Notes: generated from the sequence alone by a model not told the origin. A stretch of 32,000 nucleotides of DNA from Candidatus Electrothrix sp. GW3-4 (GCF_037902255.1 NZ_CP147990.1:4470001-4502000); one strand, 5' to 3'. Positions 16,712 through 25,770 are shown, numbered from the stretch's first letter. Made by a program: numbers and translations.

Positions 16712-19270
16712 TCACCTCATCATAGGGGGAGATTTGAGGTGGTTTCGAATGCTCTCAGCTCCTTTTTGACAGGGGGGGTAATTTTCTGTTATGTTGAGGC
16801 ATTCTTCCCATTCTTGCAATGCTTCCTCTTCAAGGTGCAGGCGTCGATATTCCTGACCGAGCTGGTAACGAAAGGAGGGGCTCACAGGATTGAGTGAGAC
16901 AGCCCTTTGCAAGGCGAGTAAGGCCTCCTCATTTCTCTTGCTTCGACGGAAAGATATCCCCAGGGCATAATACAGGGTACCTGATTGGGGAAATTGCTGC
17001 ACAGCCTGCTCTAATACACCTAGAGCCTTATTGTATAATTTTTGTCGGGCGTAAAGATCAGCAGTTTTGATGAAATATTTCCTGGAATTTTTTTCTGTTG
17101 AGGCCGACTCGATAAGTCGGCGATAGACAAGCGCTGCTTCTTGATATTGTCCTGCTCTCTCCAGGATGCTGGCATGCAGTTCCTGCATCTTGAGTTCTCC
17201 AGGAAATATTTTCAGGTACTCTTCTGCTTTTTTCAGAGCGACTGTGTACGCTTTCTTGTTCAAGAGGAGCTGGAGATGGCGAAGCGCATTTTGCGCCGTG
17301 GGTTCCAACGAAAAGGCCAGGGCAGATTCTTGGGCAGCCAACTCGTTTTCTCCATCAGCCGTAAGATAGTGGGCAAAGGCCTGCCTGAACGATGCTGTTT
17401 GGGGGACCACTTGTTGTTGGGTCTCGTAGTCTCCCCCTGCGCTCCAGAGGGCATCAAGCACCTTGCCGAGCGCTTTTTCTCCACTGAGTTGCAGGAAGCG
17501 ATTGAAGTAGGGTAATGCCTCAGCGAGTTGTCGTTCGCTGAGGTATAAGGCCGCTACATGATAATAGGGCGGTGCATACATAGGGGCAAGCTGAATGGCC
17601 TCTCTGTATGCCTTTTGGGCTGCGGGAATCTTTTGGTACTGTTCGAGCAGGGCTGCCTTTTTGAGGAGATATGAGCTGTCTGTCGGTGCAGCTCGGCAGG
17701 CCTTTTGGTACCAAGATAGAATCTCTTTATATGCTATACCTTTTTTTATGTCGAAAGGAGTATCTGGCTGAATTGCCTTGGTTCGTAAAATATCTCCCTT
17801 GAAGCTTAAAAAGACAGCATGGTCTGGATTGAGGCGGATGGCCTGATCGATTTTTGAAAGCGCATCGTCATATTTTTTTTGCCGGAGAGAAGATTGTGCC
17901 AGCCTAAAATTACGTTCCCCTAAAAAGGGGAGGAGTATGATTACGATACTCATGCTCAAGGCAAGAACGAACCCTGTAACAGCTCGCCCTTTTTGACGGG
18001 GAGAAAGCTTTCCGCTATCTCCTTGGTTGTTGCCCCTGGCTCTTCTCCTTTTGTTATCAGCAGACACAACGGCAAGGCCAGCGGATAGGGCAAAAAGGTA
18101 GAGATTGGCCGGGACCTGCAGGTTGCAATCGGTCACAGCATGAATCAGGATGGAAAGGCAGGCAGCAAGAGCAGCGATGCCGATCGTTCGCCAGTATCTG
18201 TTTTGTGTTGCCTGAAGTCCTTTGAGGCAAAAAAGAGAGAGAACGAAAATGCCACTGAGGAATGCTATTAATCCGAGTACACCGGTTTCAACAGCCAGTT
18301 GCAGGTAATCGTTATGGGCATAATTGACCAGCTTCTGGTCAAATCCTGTGCTTTGATAGGCAGGAAAGGCAATAGAAAAGGTGCCAGGACCCCAGCCGAA
18401 GAAAGGGCGCTCATAAAGCATCGGAACGGTATCTCGCCATACCTGCATCCTGACCGCACCGGCAAGCGAGGGGTCCTTAAGGGTATGTAACCGTTCCAAG
18501 ACAGGATTTAGGCCGAACCAGGCGGTAAGTAGCAGGCCGAGAGAAAGGGTCGAGAAAAAGAGGAGAGAGCCCTTTTTCTGTCGATGTATGGCTGCTAGGG
18601 TAAGGACAAAAAAGGCCAATCCGCCCCCTGCTCCAATAATCCCGCCCCGGGACAGGGAGAAGAGGAGGGCAGTGGCGATGAGGACGGTCATGCCAAAGAG
18701 TAGTATCCGTTTGCCCCCTCTGTTTGCAACAGCCAAGCCCACGGCAAGCAGGAAGACCTGCTCCAGATAGCCAGCAAAATGGTTATGGTTGACGTAAAAA
18801 AGGGAGATATTATAGCGTCGTTGCGAGTAGATCTTGAATCCTAAAAACTCTCCGTTAATGAGGGTCAGGCCCATGATAGCGTAGATTGTGCCAAAAATGA
18901 CGATCAGCCAAAGGAGGCGATTGATTTTTTCCTGACTTCTCTGGGTGTTAATAATGTAGAAAAAAAGGGCGAGCGCGCTGAGGCCCTTGGAGATGGCTAT
19001 GCGGCTTGCGTAAGGAGAGACCGAAAGGCCGTATGAGATAAGGAGGGAGAGAAGAAAGAGAAAGATCGGGATATCTGCCGGGGTGCGAGAGCAGCTGAGT
19101 TCCCCTTTATAGACCCTAGGCAGGACAGCAAGCGCAATAAGGGAAATAATGGTGAGCTGGGCTACAGTTATGGACCAGGTTTCCACCAAGCCGTGGGCAA
19201 GGGGGCCCAACAGTAACAGAAAAAATAAAAGGATTTCGTCAAGAGAGACCTTGTTGCGCAACATCAACAT
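16712..19270 (-). CDS. O-antigen ligase/polymerase-like (Wzy_C-type) membrane protein fused to a C-terminal TPR domain
   Basis: The N-terminal ~440 aa are polytopic, with a large loop containing 'YAHNDYLQLAVETG' (Wzy_C-type H/R-rich loop). The C-terminal ~400 aa consist of many 34-aa TPR-like units ('A..AY..AI.L.P....'). Confidence 0.8.
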   Translation of the reverse strand: MLMLRNKVSLDEILLFFLLLLGPLAHGLVETWSITVAQLTIISLIALAVLPRVYKGELSCSRTPADIPIFLFLLSLLISYGLSVSPYASRIAISKGLSALALFFYIINTQRSQEKINRLLWLIVIFGTIYAIMGLTLINGEFLGFKIYSQRRYNISLFYVNHNHFAGYLEQVFLLAVGLAVANRGGKRILLFGMTVLIATALLFSLSRGGIIGAGGGLAFFVLTLAAIHRQKKGSLLFFSTLSLGLLLTAWFGLNPVLERLHTLKDPSLAGAVRMQVWRDTVPMLYERPFFGWGPGTFSIAFPAYQSTGFDQKLVNYAHNDYLQLAVETGVLGLIAFLSGIFVLSLFCLKGLQATQNRYWRTIGIAALAACLSILIHAVTDCNLQVPANLYLFALSAGLAVVSADNKRRRARGNNQGDSGKLSPRQKGRAVTGFVLALSMSIVIILLPFLGERNFRLAQSSLRQKKYDDALSKIDQAIRLNPDHAVFLSFKGDILRTKAIQPDTPFDIKKGIAYKEILSWYQKACRAAPTDSSYLLKKAALLEQYQKIPAAQKAYREAIQLAPMYAPPYYHVAALYLSERQLAEALPYFNRFLQLSGEKALGKVLDALWSAGGDYETQQQVVPQTASFRQAFAHYLTADGENELAAQESALAFSLEPTAQNALRHLQLLLNKKAYTVALKKAEEYLKIFPGELKMQELHASILERAGQYQEAALVYRRLIESASTEKNSRKYFIKTADLYARQKLYNKALGVLEQAVQQFPQSGTLYYALGISFRRSKRNEEALLALQRAVSLNPVSPSFRYQLGQEYRRLHLEEEALQEWEECLNITENYPPCQKGAESIRNHLKSPPMMR

Positions 19271-19295
19271 AGTCCCCTGACAGGCAAGGGGCGCC

Positions 19296-19949
19296 TCAGT
19301 CCTTTTCGCAGGCCCGTACCTGCCGGATAAATGCCCTGATCAGGTGATGATCTTTTTGTCCTGGAGCTGTTTCCACCCCTGAGTTGACATCCAAGGCATA
19401 AGGGCTGACAGCAGCAAGTGCCTCCTCCACATTCTCCACTCCAAGACCACCTGCCAGGATAAAATCCCGTTGCAGCTTCAGGTCCTGAATCAGGGACCAG
19501 TCAAAACGCAGACCGGTTCCACCCTTGACTCCTTTCTGGTAGGTATCGAGGAGAAAGCCCTTCACATGCTCGTTATAGGGGATGATATCGTTGGCCTGTA
19601 AATCCCCACCCACCCTGAGGGCCTTGATTACCTGGCAGGGGGCCGCAAAGCGGGCCAGACGTTCGCAGTATTTGGGGGATTCCTGGCCGTGCAGCTGGGC
19701 ATAACCGAGGGTGCAGAAGCGGATAATCTCCTCAACCTCTTCCCGTTCGCGGTCAACAAAGACCCCCACCGTATCGACAAAGGGAGGGAGTTGTTCAATA
19801 ATGATCCGGGCCACCTCAGGATCAACATTACGGGGGCTTTTTTCGTAAAAAATAAATCCCAGGGCATCCACCCCGGCCTCCACTGCCGCAGTGGCGTCCT
19901 CCAGGTTGGTGATGCCGCACATCTTGATACGAATTCGATCTACGTTCAT
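19296..19949 (-). CDS. trpF: phosphoribosylanthranilate isomerase
   Basis: 'IKMCGITNLEDA..A...GVDALGFIF...SPR', 'QLHG' and 'LAGGL..ENV' are TrpF hallmarks. The ATG at 19949 (MNVDRIRIKMCGIT) fits the family N-terminus better than the GTG at 20006. Confidence 0.9.
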   Translation of the reverse strand: MNVDRIRIKMCGITNLEDATAAVEAGVDALGFIFYEKSPRNVDPEVARIIIEQLPPFVDTVGVFVDREREEVEEIIRFCTLGYAQLHGQESPKYCERLARFAAPCQVIKALRVGGDLQANDIIPYNEHVKGFLLDTYQKGVKGGTGLRFDWSLIQDLKLQRDFILAGGLGVENVEEALAAVSPYALDVNSGVETAPGQKDHHLIRAFIRQVRACEKD

Positions 19950-19974
19950 GCTCTTGTGTTTAGGTCTCTTCTGC

Positions 19975-20745
19975 TTAGGTCGAGAGGAAATAACGGAGTG
20001 TTTCACCTTGTTCAGTACTGCGCATCAGGCTCTCCCCGATCAGGGCCGCTGTTATACCAGCCTTTTGTAAACGGAGCATATCATCGCGAGTGGATATGCC
20101 TGACTCACTGACAATGGGGATGCCTGCGGGGATCTCGCGCTGGAGCCGGAACGTGGTTTCCAGATCCATGCTGAAATCATTGAGGTTTCGGTTGTTAATG
20201 CCGATAAGCCTGCTTTCCGCAGCCAAGGTCTTTTCCAGTTCTGCCTCATTATGGACCTCAACCAGCACGTCCATGCCTGCCTCCTCGGCCTGGAGGCGAA
20301 ACTCCCTGAGCTGCTCGGTCTCCAGGATGGCGGCAATGAGCAGGATGGCATCGGCGCCAAAGGCGGCAGCCTCTTCGATCTGGAGGGGATCAATGATGAA
20401 CTCCTTGCGCAGCACGGGCAGATCCACCGTCTTTCTGACGAGAGGGATATAAGCGATGGAGCCTTGAAAGAAGTCTCGATCTGTGAGCACGGATAGAGCA
20501 TGGGCCCCGCCCTGCTTATAGTTCAGGGCTATCTTTTGTGGATCGAAATTGGGTTCAATTACCCCTTTGGAAGGAGAGGCCTTCTTGGCCTCAGCAATGA
20601 TGGCCACGCCCGGTGCTGTAACCAGGGCCTGCATGAATCCTCGCGGTGGATCAAGAGCTGCTTCGCTCTCTGGTGGACGGATTCCCTTTCGTTTCAGGGC
20701 GGCAACTTCTTCTTTTTTTCGTGCTACGATGGTGTCAAGGATCAT
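19975..20745 (-). CDS. trpC: indole-3-glycerol phosphate synthase
   Basis: 'IIAEAKKASPSKG', 'LSVLTD..FFQGS', 'LRKEFIIDPLQI', 'GINNRNL' and 'VSESGI' match TrpC along its full length. Confidence 0.9.
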   Translation of the reverse strand: MILDTIVARKKEEVAALKRKGIRPPESEAALDPPRGFMQALVTAPGVAIIAEAKKASPSKGVIEPNFDPQKIALNYKQGGAHALSVLTDRDFFQGSIAYIPLVRKTVDLPVLRKEFIIDPLQIEEAAAFGADAILLIAAILETEQLREFRLQAEEAGMDVLVEVHNEAELEKTLAAESRLIGINNRNLNDFSMDLETTFRLQREIPAGIPIVSESGISTRDDMLRLQKAGITAALIGESLMRSTEQGETLRYFLST

Positions 20746-21128
20746 ATTGTTATAATGATAATTATATGCGGCACCCAGGTCTCGTTACTTTGCTCAGGAG
20801 CCCGATAGGGGAAACTGTCTTCCAGGAGAAAATGGCGCGGGTGATCAGGAATTTATCTTCAGGATTGTACAAAGGCAAGGAAAAATATGCAAGAGGGGAA
20901 TGGGGGACTTCGTACGAGTAGAGGGATACCTCATCCCTTGGATTTTTTTTGCTGATCTCCCATGCCTGTGCCACTTCGGTTCGGAGGTTATCGACTTTAT
21001 CCACAGCCCGCCCAAAAAAGCAGAAAAAAGCCCTTCTGGTTAATCTTCCGTTAACCTCTTCTCTGTTATTGTAGAATTATAAACAGGAGCAACATGCTTT
21101 AAACATTATGACAGATGGAGGTTCACTC

Positions 21129-21470
21129 ATGAAAAAGACAGCAATGGCCCTGATCGGATGTTTTTTCGTAGCAGCATTTTTTGCAACCGCCCACAGTAGT
21201 GAACACGAGTATCGTAACGGAGACGATTACTATGAATATCGTGGCGGCAGCGAACGCTACGATGATGACCGCTATGAATATCGCGGTGGCCACGAGCGCT
21301 ACGATGATGACCGCTATGAATATCGTGGTGGCCACGAGCGCTATGACGATGACCGCTATGAATATCGTGGTGGCCACGAGCGCTACGATGATGACCGTTA
21401 TGAGTACCGTGGAGGACATCGCTACGATGATGATCGCTACGAGTACAGACGCTATGCGAACGACGATTAA
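21129..21470 (+). CDS. small secreted tandem-repeat protein (Tyr/Asp/Arg/His-rich)
   Basis: GGAGGT lies 7 nt upstream of the ATG at 21129. Signal peptide 'MKKTAMALIGCFFVAAFFATAHS', then about six units of YEYRGG(H/S)ERYDDDR. Differences between the DNA units are almost all synonymous. Confidence 0.7.
   Translation: MKKTAMALIGCFFVAAFFATAHSSEHEYRNGDDYYEYRGGSERYDDDRYEYRGGHERYDDDRYEYRGGHERYDDDRYEYRGGHERYDDDRYEYRGGHRYDDDRYEYRRYANDD
21231..21467 (+). repeat. 42-bp in-frame tandem repeat (4 full units, one 39-bp unit, one degenerate unit)
   Basis: Units start at 21231, 21273, 21315, 21357, 21399 (39 bp) and 21438 (degenerate). The consensus is tatgaatatcgtggtggccacgagcgctacgatgatgaccgc. Confidence 0.9.
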
Positions 21471-21536
21471 GAGGCGAAACGGAGCAAGATAACCGACAGA
21501 ACAACGCACTCCTCATCCTTCTTCCTCTCTTTCGTA

Positions 21537-21575
21537 GCCGGAGCGACTATCATGGTTACTCCGGCATTTTTGTTT
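21537..21575 (+). terminator. candidate rho-independent terminator after the repeat-protein gene
   Basis: GCCGGAG (21537..21543) pairs with CTCCGGC (21559..21565) and is followed by ATTTTTGTTT. The loop is long (15 nt), so confidence is modest. Confidence 0.4.
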
Positions 21576-21813
21576 GCCCCTTGTGAAGGCAAGATCAACA
21601 TCAGTTATGCCCTTTGCGGATTTCTTCTGCTCAGAAAGAAGTATGCAGGTATTTCAGAAGAATTGCCAGCGTGTTCTTTGACGATTGAATAGAGGAGGCC
21701 CGCGTACCAAGCCGTATGATGGAACAATGTTAATGAGAAAGACTTCGAGCGCAATTACGCTCTATAAAGAACGGAGGATCTTGTGTCTGGTAGGTAAGGT
21801 GGTAAAAAAGAAG

Positions 21814-21891
21814 TGGTCGGGGCGGTAGGATTCGAACCTACGACCTCCTGCTCCCAAGGCAGGCACGCTAACCAGGCTGCGCTACGCCCCG
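21814..21891 (-). tRNA. tRNA-Pro (anticodon UGG), CCA encoded
   Basis: The reverse complement reads CGGGGCG-TA-GCGC..., anticodon arm CCTGC-CTTGGGA-GCAGG, T arm GTAGG-TTCGAAT-CCTAC, then CGCCCCG-A-CCA. This folds into a full cloverleaf by hand. Confidence 0.95.
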
Positions 21892-21902
21892 ACGACGCTC
21901 CC

Positions 21903-21931
21903 TTTATACAGAACTTTTATACTCATTGCAA
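21903..21931 (-). promoter_or_regulatory. candidate sigma70-type promoter for tRNA-Pro
   Basis: The minus strand reads TTGCAA (21931..21926), a 17-nt spacer, then TATAAA (21908..21903), 11 nt before the mature tRNA 5' end. Confidence 0.45.
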
Positions 21932-21959
21932 GCTTTTTTAATTCAGTGTTCTTTTTTGC

Positions 21960-21989
21960 TTGACCAAGATAATCAATATATGCTATAAA
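21960..21989 (+). promoter_or_regulatory. candidate sigma70-type promoter for tRNA-Asn
   Basis: TTGACC (21960..21965), an 18-nt spacer, then TATAAA (21984..21989), 32 nt before the tRNA 5' end. Confidence 0.45.
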
Positions 21990-22021
21990 GACTCTCATTG
22001 ACGCGAGCAAAGAACATATGT

Positions 22022-22097
22022 TCCTCGGTAGCTCAGTTGGTAGAGCGGGTGGCTGTTAACCACCTTGTCGGCGGTTCGAGTCCGTCCCGAGGAGCCA
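22022..22097 (+). tRNA. tRNA-Asn (anticodon GUU), CCA encoded
   Basis: TCCTCGG-TA-GCTC-AGTTGGTA-GAGC, anticodon arm GGTGG-CTGTTAA-CCACC, T arm GGCGG-TTCGAGT-CCGTC, then CCGAGGA-G-CCA. Confidence 0.95.
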
Positions 22098-22106
22098 GAG
22101 ATATGA

Positions 22107-22145
22107 AAAGCCTGAAGGAGAAATCCTTCGGGCTTTTTCTGTTTT
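22107..22145 (+). terminator. rho-independent terminator after tRNA-Asn
   Basis: AAAGCCTGAAGG (22107..22118) pairs with CCTTCGGGCTTT (22125..22136), with one G-U pair. A T-rich run (TTCTGTTTT) follows. Confidence 0.6.
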
Positions 22146-22222
22146 ATGTCATCATCCCTTACCTCGGTTTTGCGCTAATAAGCAAAGTAAGGTCAATGTG
22201 AATTTTATCGTGATGAAGAGCC

Positions 22223-23605
22223 ATGAAACCACGCATCAAAGAGCTTCTGGATACCAACCCCTGTGAGCAGCAGTTTATTATAGAAGGCTGGGTCCGTACC
22301 TGTCGACACTCTGGTAGCCTTTGTTTTATTGAGCTCACAGATGGTTCGTGCCTGTCCGGGATACAGGTGATTGCCGAGGCAGGATTGAAAAATTATGCTG
22401 AGGAAATTCGACATCTCAGCACAGGCACTGCTGTCAAGGTTGTTGGCCCCTTGGTAGAATCACCAGCCAAGGGGCAGAGGGTAGAGGTTCGGGCAAAAAA
22501 AATTGAGATACTGGGTCCTGCTCCTGCTGACCCGGGCAGTTACCCTTTGCAAAAAAAACGCCATAGCTTCGAATTTCTTCGCTCTATCAGTCATCTACGT
22601 CCACGCGCCAATGCCTTGGGGGCAGTCACCCGCATTCGATCTGAGCTCAACTTCGCTCTTCATCGATTTTTTCGTGATCAAGGCTTCTTTCAGGTCCACA
22701 CGCCGCTCATAACCACCTCGGACTGCGAAGGTGCTGGTGAGATGTTTACGGTTACGGCCTTGTCCGACAAAGAGCTGCAGCAGAGCGAGCCCTTTACCCA
22801 GGATTTTTTTGGTCGCAAGGCCGGATTAACGGTCAGCGGACAGTTGCAGGCAGAGATTTATGCACTCTCGCATGCTCGAGTCTACACCTTTGGCCCCACC
22901 TTTCGTGCAGAAAATTCCAATACCAGCCGTCATCTGGCCGAGTTCTGGATGCTGGAGCCGGAAATGGCCTTTTGCGACCTGGGCTGCGATATGGACATCG
23001 CCGAGGCCCTGATTCGGAATTTGATCAGCACCGTACTGGATAACTGCGAACAAGATCTGGATCTCTTTCACCGATTTATCAGCAAAGGACTCATTGAAAA
23101 GCTGGAAGTGGTGCGCCAGCAGACCTTCACCCGCATGACCTATACTGAAGCAATCAACGAACTGGAAGGTGCTCAACAGCAGTTTGAATATCCTGTAACC
23201 TGGGGAGGTGACCTGCAAGCTGAGCATGAACGTTTTCTCTGTGAAGAGATCGCAGGCAGACCGGTGATTGTCACCGATTATCCCAAGACCATCAAACCCT
23301 TTTATATGCGCCAGAATGACGACGGCAAGACCGTTGCGGCAATGGATATCCTGGTACCGGGTATCGGAGAATTGGTCGGCGGGAGCCAACGGGAGGAACG
23401 ACTGGACCTCTTAACAGCCCGCATGCAAGGGGCAGGACTTGACCTGGAAGAATATAGCTGGTACTTGGACCTGCGCAGGTACGGTTCTGTCCCCCATTCC
23501 GGCTTTGGCCTTGGTTTTGAACGACTGGTTCAGTTCGTCACCGGCATGAGCAATATCCGGGACGTCATTCCCTTCCCGAGAACACCGGGCAATGCCCCCT
23601 GCTGA
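22223..23605 (+). CDS. asnS: asparaginyl-tRNA synthetase
   Basis: N-terminal OB-fold ('GWVRT.R.....FIEL.DGS'), then class II motifs 'FRAENSNTSRHLAEFWMLEPE', 'GGSQREER' and 'GFGLGFERLVQFVTG..NIRDVIPFPR'. Confidence 0.95.
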   Translation: MKPRIKELLDTNPCEQQFIIEGWVRTCRHSGSLCFIELTDGSCLSGIQVIAEAGLKNYAEEIRHLSTGTAVKVVGPLVESPAKGQRVEVRAKKIEILGPAPADPGSYPLQKKRHSFEFLRSISHLRPRANALGAVTRIRSELNFALHRFFRDQGFFQVHTPLITTSDCEGAGEMFTVTALSDKELQQSEPFTQDFFGRKAGLTVSGQLQAEIYALSHARVYTFGPTFRAENSNTSRHLAEFWMLEPEMAFCDLGCDMDIAEALIRNLISTVLDNCEQDLDLFHRFISKGLIEKLEVVRQQTFTRMTYTEAINELEGAQQQFEYPVTWGGDLQAEHERFLCEEIAGRPVIVTDYPKTIKPFYMRQNDDGKTVAAMDILVPGIGELVGGSQREERLDLLTARMQGAGLDLEEYSWYLDLRRYGSVPHSGFGLGFERLVQFVTGMSNIRDVIPFPRTPGNAPC

Positions 23606-23729
23606 TCATAGCCAAGCAACGACGCAGAGCCATTGGTTTGCCTTTTCTTGAGGAAATCTTCTTCGTTCCTTTGAGGCCAGATCAGGGGTAGGGGAGGGGA
23701 GAGAGCGTAAGGATGCGGCAACGGATACC

Positions 23730-25766
23730 TTAGGCCATAACGACACAGTTTCTTCCCTGTTTTTTCGCCTGATAGAGGGCCTTGTCAGCTGCCTTTAACA
23801 ATGCGTCAATATCGCATCCACTCTTCCCTTGCATCATAACCACACCTATACTGATTGTTACTGACAGCTCTTCTTTCCCTGTACTGACGCTATGGTTGGC
23901 CACAGCCTTCCGAAACCGTTCTGCGGCTCTTTCCGCGTGTTCTTTTTCGGTGTTCGGAAGCGTTACTGCAAACTCTTCTCCCCCAAGTCGCCCGATAACA
24001 TCGCTCTCTCGGACGTTTTTTTTACATAACACTGCTAATTCCTGAAGCACCTTATCGCCAACATCATGCCCATAGGTATCATTAACCGATTTAAAGCGGT
24101 CAACATCAAACATAAACACTGCAAGGGGAAGAAGATAGCGTTGCGCCCGCCGGGTCTCTCTGGAAGACAGTTCCAAAAAAGTCCGGCGATTATTCAACAC
24201 CGTCAGAGGATCTGTGGTGGCGAGTGCGCGCAGGGTCTTTTCAGCATTTTTGCGATCTGTAATATCGCGGACTGAACCCACTGCATACCAGGCATTGTCC
24301 ATCTGAAATGCAGCAACAGAATGTTCTATAGAAAAAATCCTGCCGCTTCGGTGAACACTCTGAAATTCCATCATCCTGTCCAAAACAGGACCTTCCCCGC
24401 TCCGAACAAATTTTGCTAACCCTTCATAGGCAAATTTTTGGTCCTCTGATGTGCAGATGAGTTTATGCATTTTTTTTCGGTGGACGACCTCTGTAGCCTG
24501 GTAACCGTACAGGTCCTCAGCGGCCTTATTCCAAAAATGAATATTGTCCTGGGCATCAATAATGACCAGAGCATCATGGGTAACCTGACTCATAGCCTTA
24601 AGCATCCTTTGCTGATTAAGCAGCCTCGCCTCAACCTCTTTTCTTTCTGTGATATCAAGAATAATTCCTTCAATATATCGTTCTTTCTCTCTTTTTTTCG
24701 TCACCTCTCTTCCTGTATCGAGAACCCAACGTGTTCTTCCTTGGCTATCAAGCAGAGGGTATTCGACTATAAAGGGGGGGCCCTCTTGCAGCTGGGTATG
24801 GATAAGCGCTATAATTTCTTGTTGATGATCGGCATCGATACGATCAAAAAAATTCAAGTCCGAGTCACCAAGCAGCTCTGACACTGGGCAGTCGCAAATT
24901 TTTTCAATACCTTTGCTCAGAAAGAGCATATGTCGAGGCGATTCAAGATCGCTACGATAAACTGCCCCAGGGATATTTTCCAGCAGAGAGTGAAAACGTT
25001 GCTCGTTTTCCTGAAAAACGTTTTTATCCTCGTGTATCCTGTTGAACAGCGTATTCACGGAAGCGGCGATTTCGGCCAGCTCGTCTTTGCCAGAGACCTG
25101 TACCTTGAGATGTCGCTCCCCCCTCTGATACTGTTCAAGGACGTGAATGAGATCAGCTGTTCGTCTTGTCAGACGCTGGCTCAGGAGTGCCCAGAGAAGC
25201 GCTCCCAAAAACACACTGCCGCTACTGATCAGGGCGATGAGCCTATAGGTGTCACCCAGCGCTATCTTTTTATGATATTGGAGGGCCTGGCGATAGTAGA
25301 GGATTCCGCAGGTTTGTTCGCGCAGACCTTGCTGTTCACCAGGCCAGCAGACCGAGGCATAGGCGTCCAGCCATTGTCTGTCATCGGAGACCTTGATAAG
25401 GAGAGATTGCCGCTTGAGAGAGAGCGCAGGAAGCTGCTGCTCAGCAGAATCTGTCTCTTGCCAAGGCAAGCCGATATCCTGATACTGCGTCGAGGAAATA
25501 ATCTTCCCGGCCTGGTCTGTCAGCATCAGGAGGCCATGGTCCGGTGCAGCGCCGTATAAGGAAAGGATCTGGGTGATACGGTCTGTTTCGTTTGCCTGGA
25601 TATTTTCAAGAATCCCCTGCAGGGTACCTATACGTTCCCTGACCAAGACATGCTGGGTCGTCTCCACCCGTGTCAGGATAACGTTTCGACTCCCTAGAAA
25701 GGAAAAAAAAACCGTCATCAGCACGGCAGATACCATCGTGCAGGGGACGAGAAATCTGAGCTGCAT
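23730..25766 (-). CDS. membrane sensor diguanylate cyclase (periplasmic domain-HAMP-PAS-PAS-GGDEF)
   Basis: Two TM segments (about aa 8-25 and 175-197) bracket a ~150-aa extracytoplasmic region. A HAMP-like linker and two PAS-like blocks follow, then a GGDEF domain with 'RLGGEEFAV', 'FDVDRFKSVND' and an RxxD-type site context. Confidence 0.9.
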   Translation of the reverse strand: MQLRFLVPCTMVSAVLMTVFFSFLGSRNVILTRVETTQHVLVRERIGTLQGILENIQANETDRITQILSLYGAAPDHGLLMLTDQAGKIISSTQYQDIGLPWQETDSAEQQLPALSLKRQSLLIKVSDDRQWLDAYASVCWPGEQQGLREQTCGILYYRQALQYHKKIALGDTYRLIALISSGSVFLGALLWALLSQRLTRRTADLIHVLEQYQRGERHLKVQVSGKDELAEIAASVNTLFNRIHEDKNVFQENEQRFHSLLENIPGAVYRSDLESPRHMLFLSKGIEKICDCPVSELLGDSDLNFFDRIDADHQQEIIALIHTQLQEGPPFIVEYPLLDSQGRTRWVLDTGREVTKKREKERYIEGIILDITERKEVEARLLNQQRMLKAMSQVTHDALVIIDAQDNIHFWNKAAEDLYGYQATEVVHRKKMHKLICTSEDQKFAYEGLAKFVRSGEGPVLDRMMEFQSVHRSGRIFSIEHSVAAFQMDNAWYAVGSVRDITDRKNAEKTLRALATTDPLTVLNNRRTFLELSSRETRRAQRYLLPLAVFMFDVDRFKSVNDTYGHDVGDKVLQELAVLCKKNVRESDVIGRLGGEEFAVTLPNTEKEHAERAAERFRKAVANHSVSTGKEELSVTISIGVVMMQGKSGCDIDALLKAADKALYQAKKQGRNCVVMA

Positions 25767-25770
25767 TTTG

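Noticed and set aside
20762-21004. 80-aa GTG-initiated ORF directly upstream of trpC (a possible leader peptide or small gene)
   Set aside because: It has no SD and no recognisable motif. It lacks the Trp-codon run expected of a trp leader peptide and is too long to be one. Left uncalled.
21231-21467. Could the regular 42-bp repeats be a CRISPR array or a non-coding minisatellite?
   Set aside because: There are no unique spacers between the units. The repeats are contiguous, in frame, and lie inside an ORF with a signal peptide.
21123-21516. Two minus-strand ORFs (128 and 129 aa) and a second plus-strand frame (103 aa) across the 42-bp repeats
   Set aside because: Tandem in-frame repeats keep all frames open. 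Only the 21129 frame has an SD, a signal peptide and synonymous-only divergence between units.
21998-22201. 67-aa plus-strand ORF
   Set aside because: It spans the tRNA-Asn gene and its terminator. 'SSVAQLVERVAVN' is just the tRNA read as protein.
22826-23389. 187-aa minus-strand ORF inside asnS
   Set aside because: It is antisense to a full-length, motif-complete class II aminoacyl-tRNA synthetase gene.
23665-23700. G-rich tract CAGGGGTAGGGGAGGGGAGAGAG between the convergent asnS and cyclase genes, considered as a G-quadruplex
   Set aside because: Only three G4 runs are present, and a canonical intramolecular quadruplex needs four.
24930-25559. 209-aa plus-strand ORF inside the diguanylate cyclase gene
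   Set aside because: It is antisense to the sensor gene and has no independent signals.
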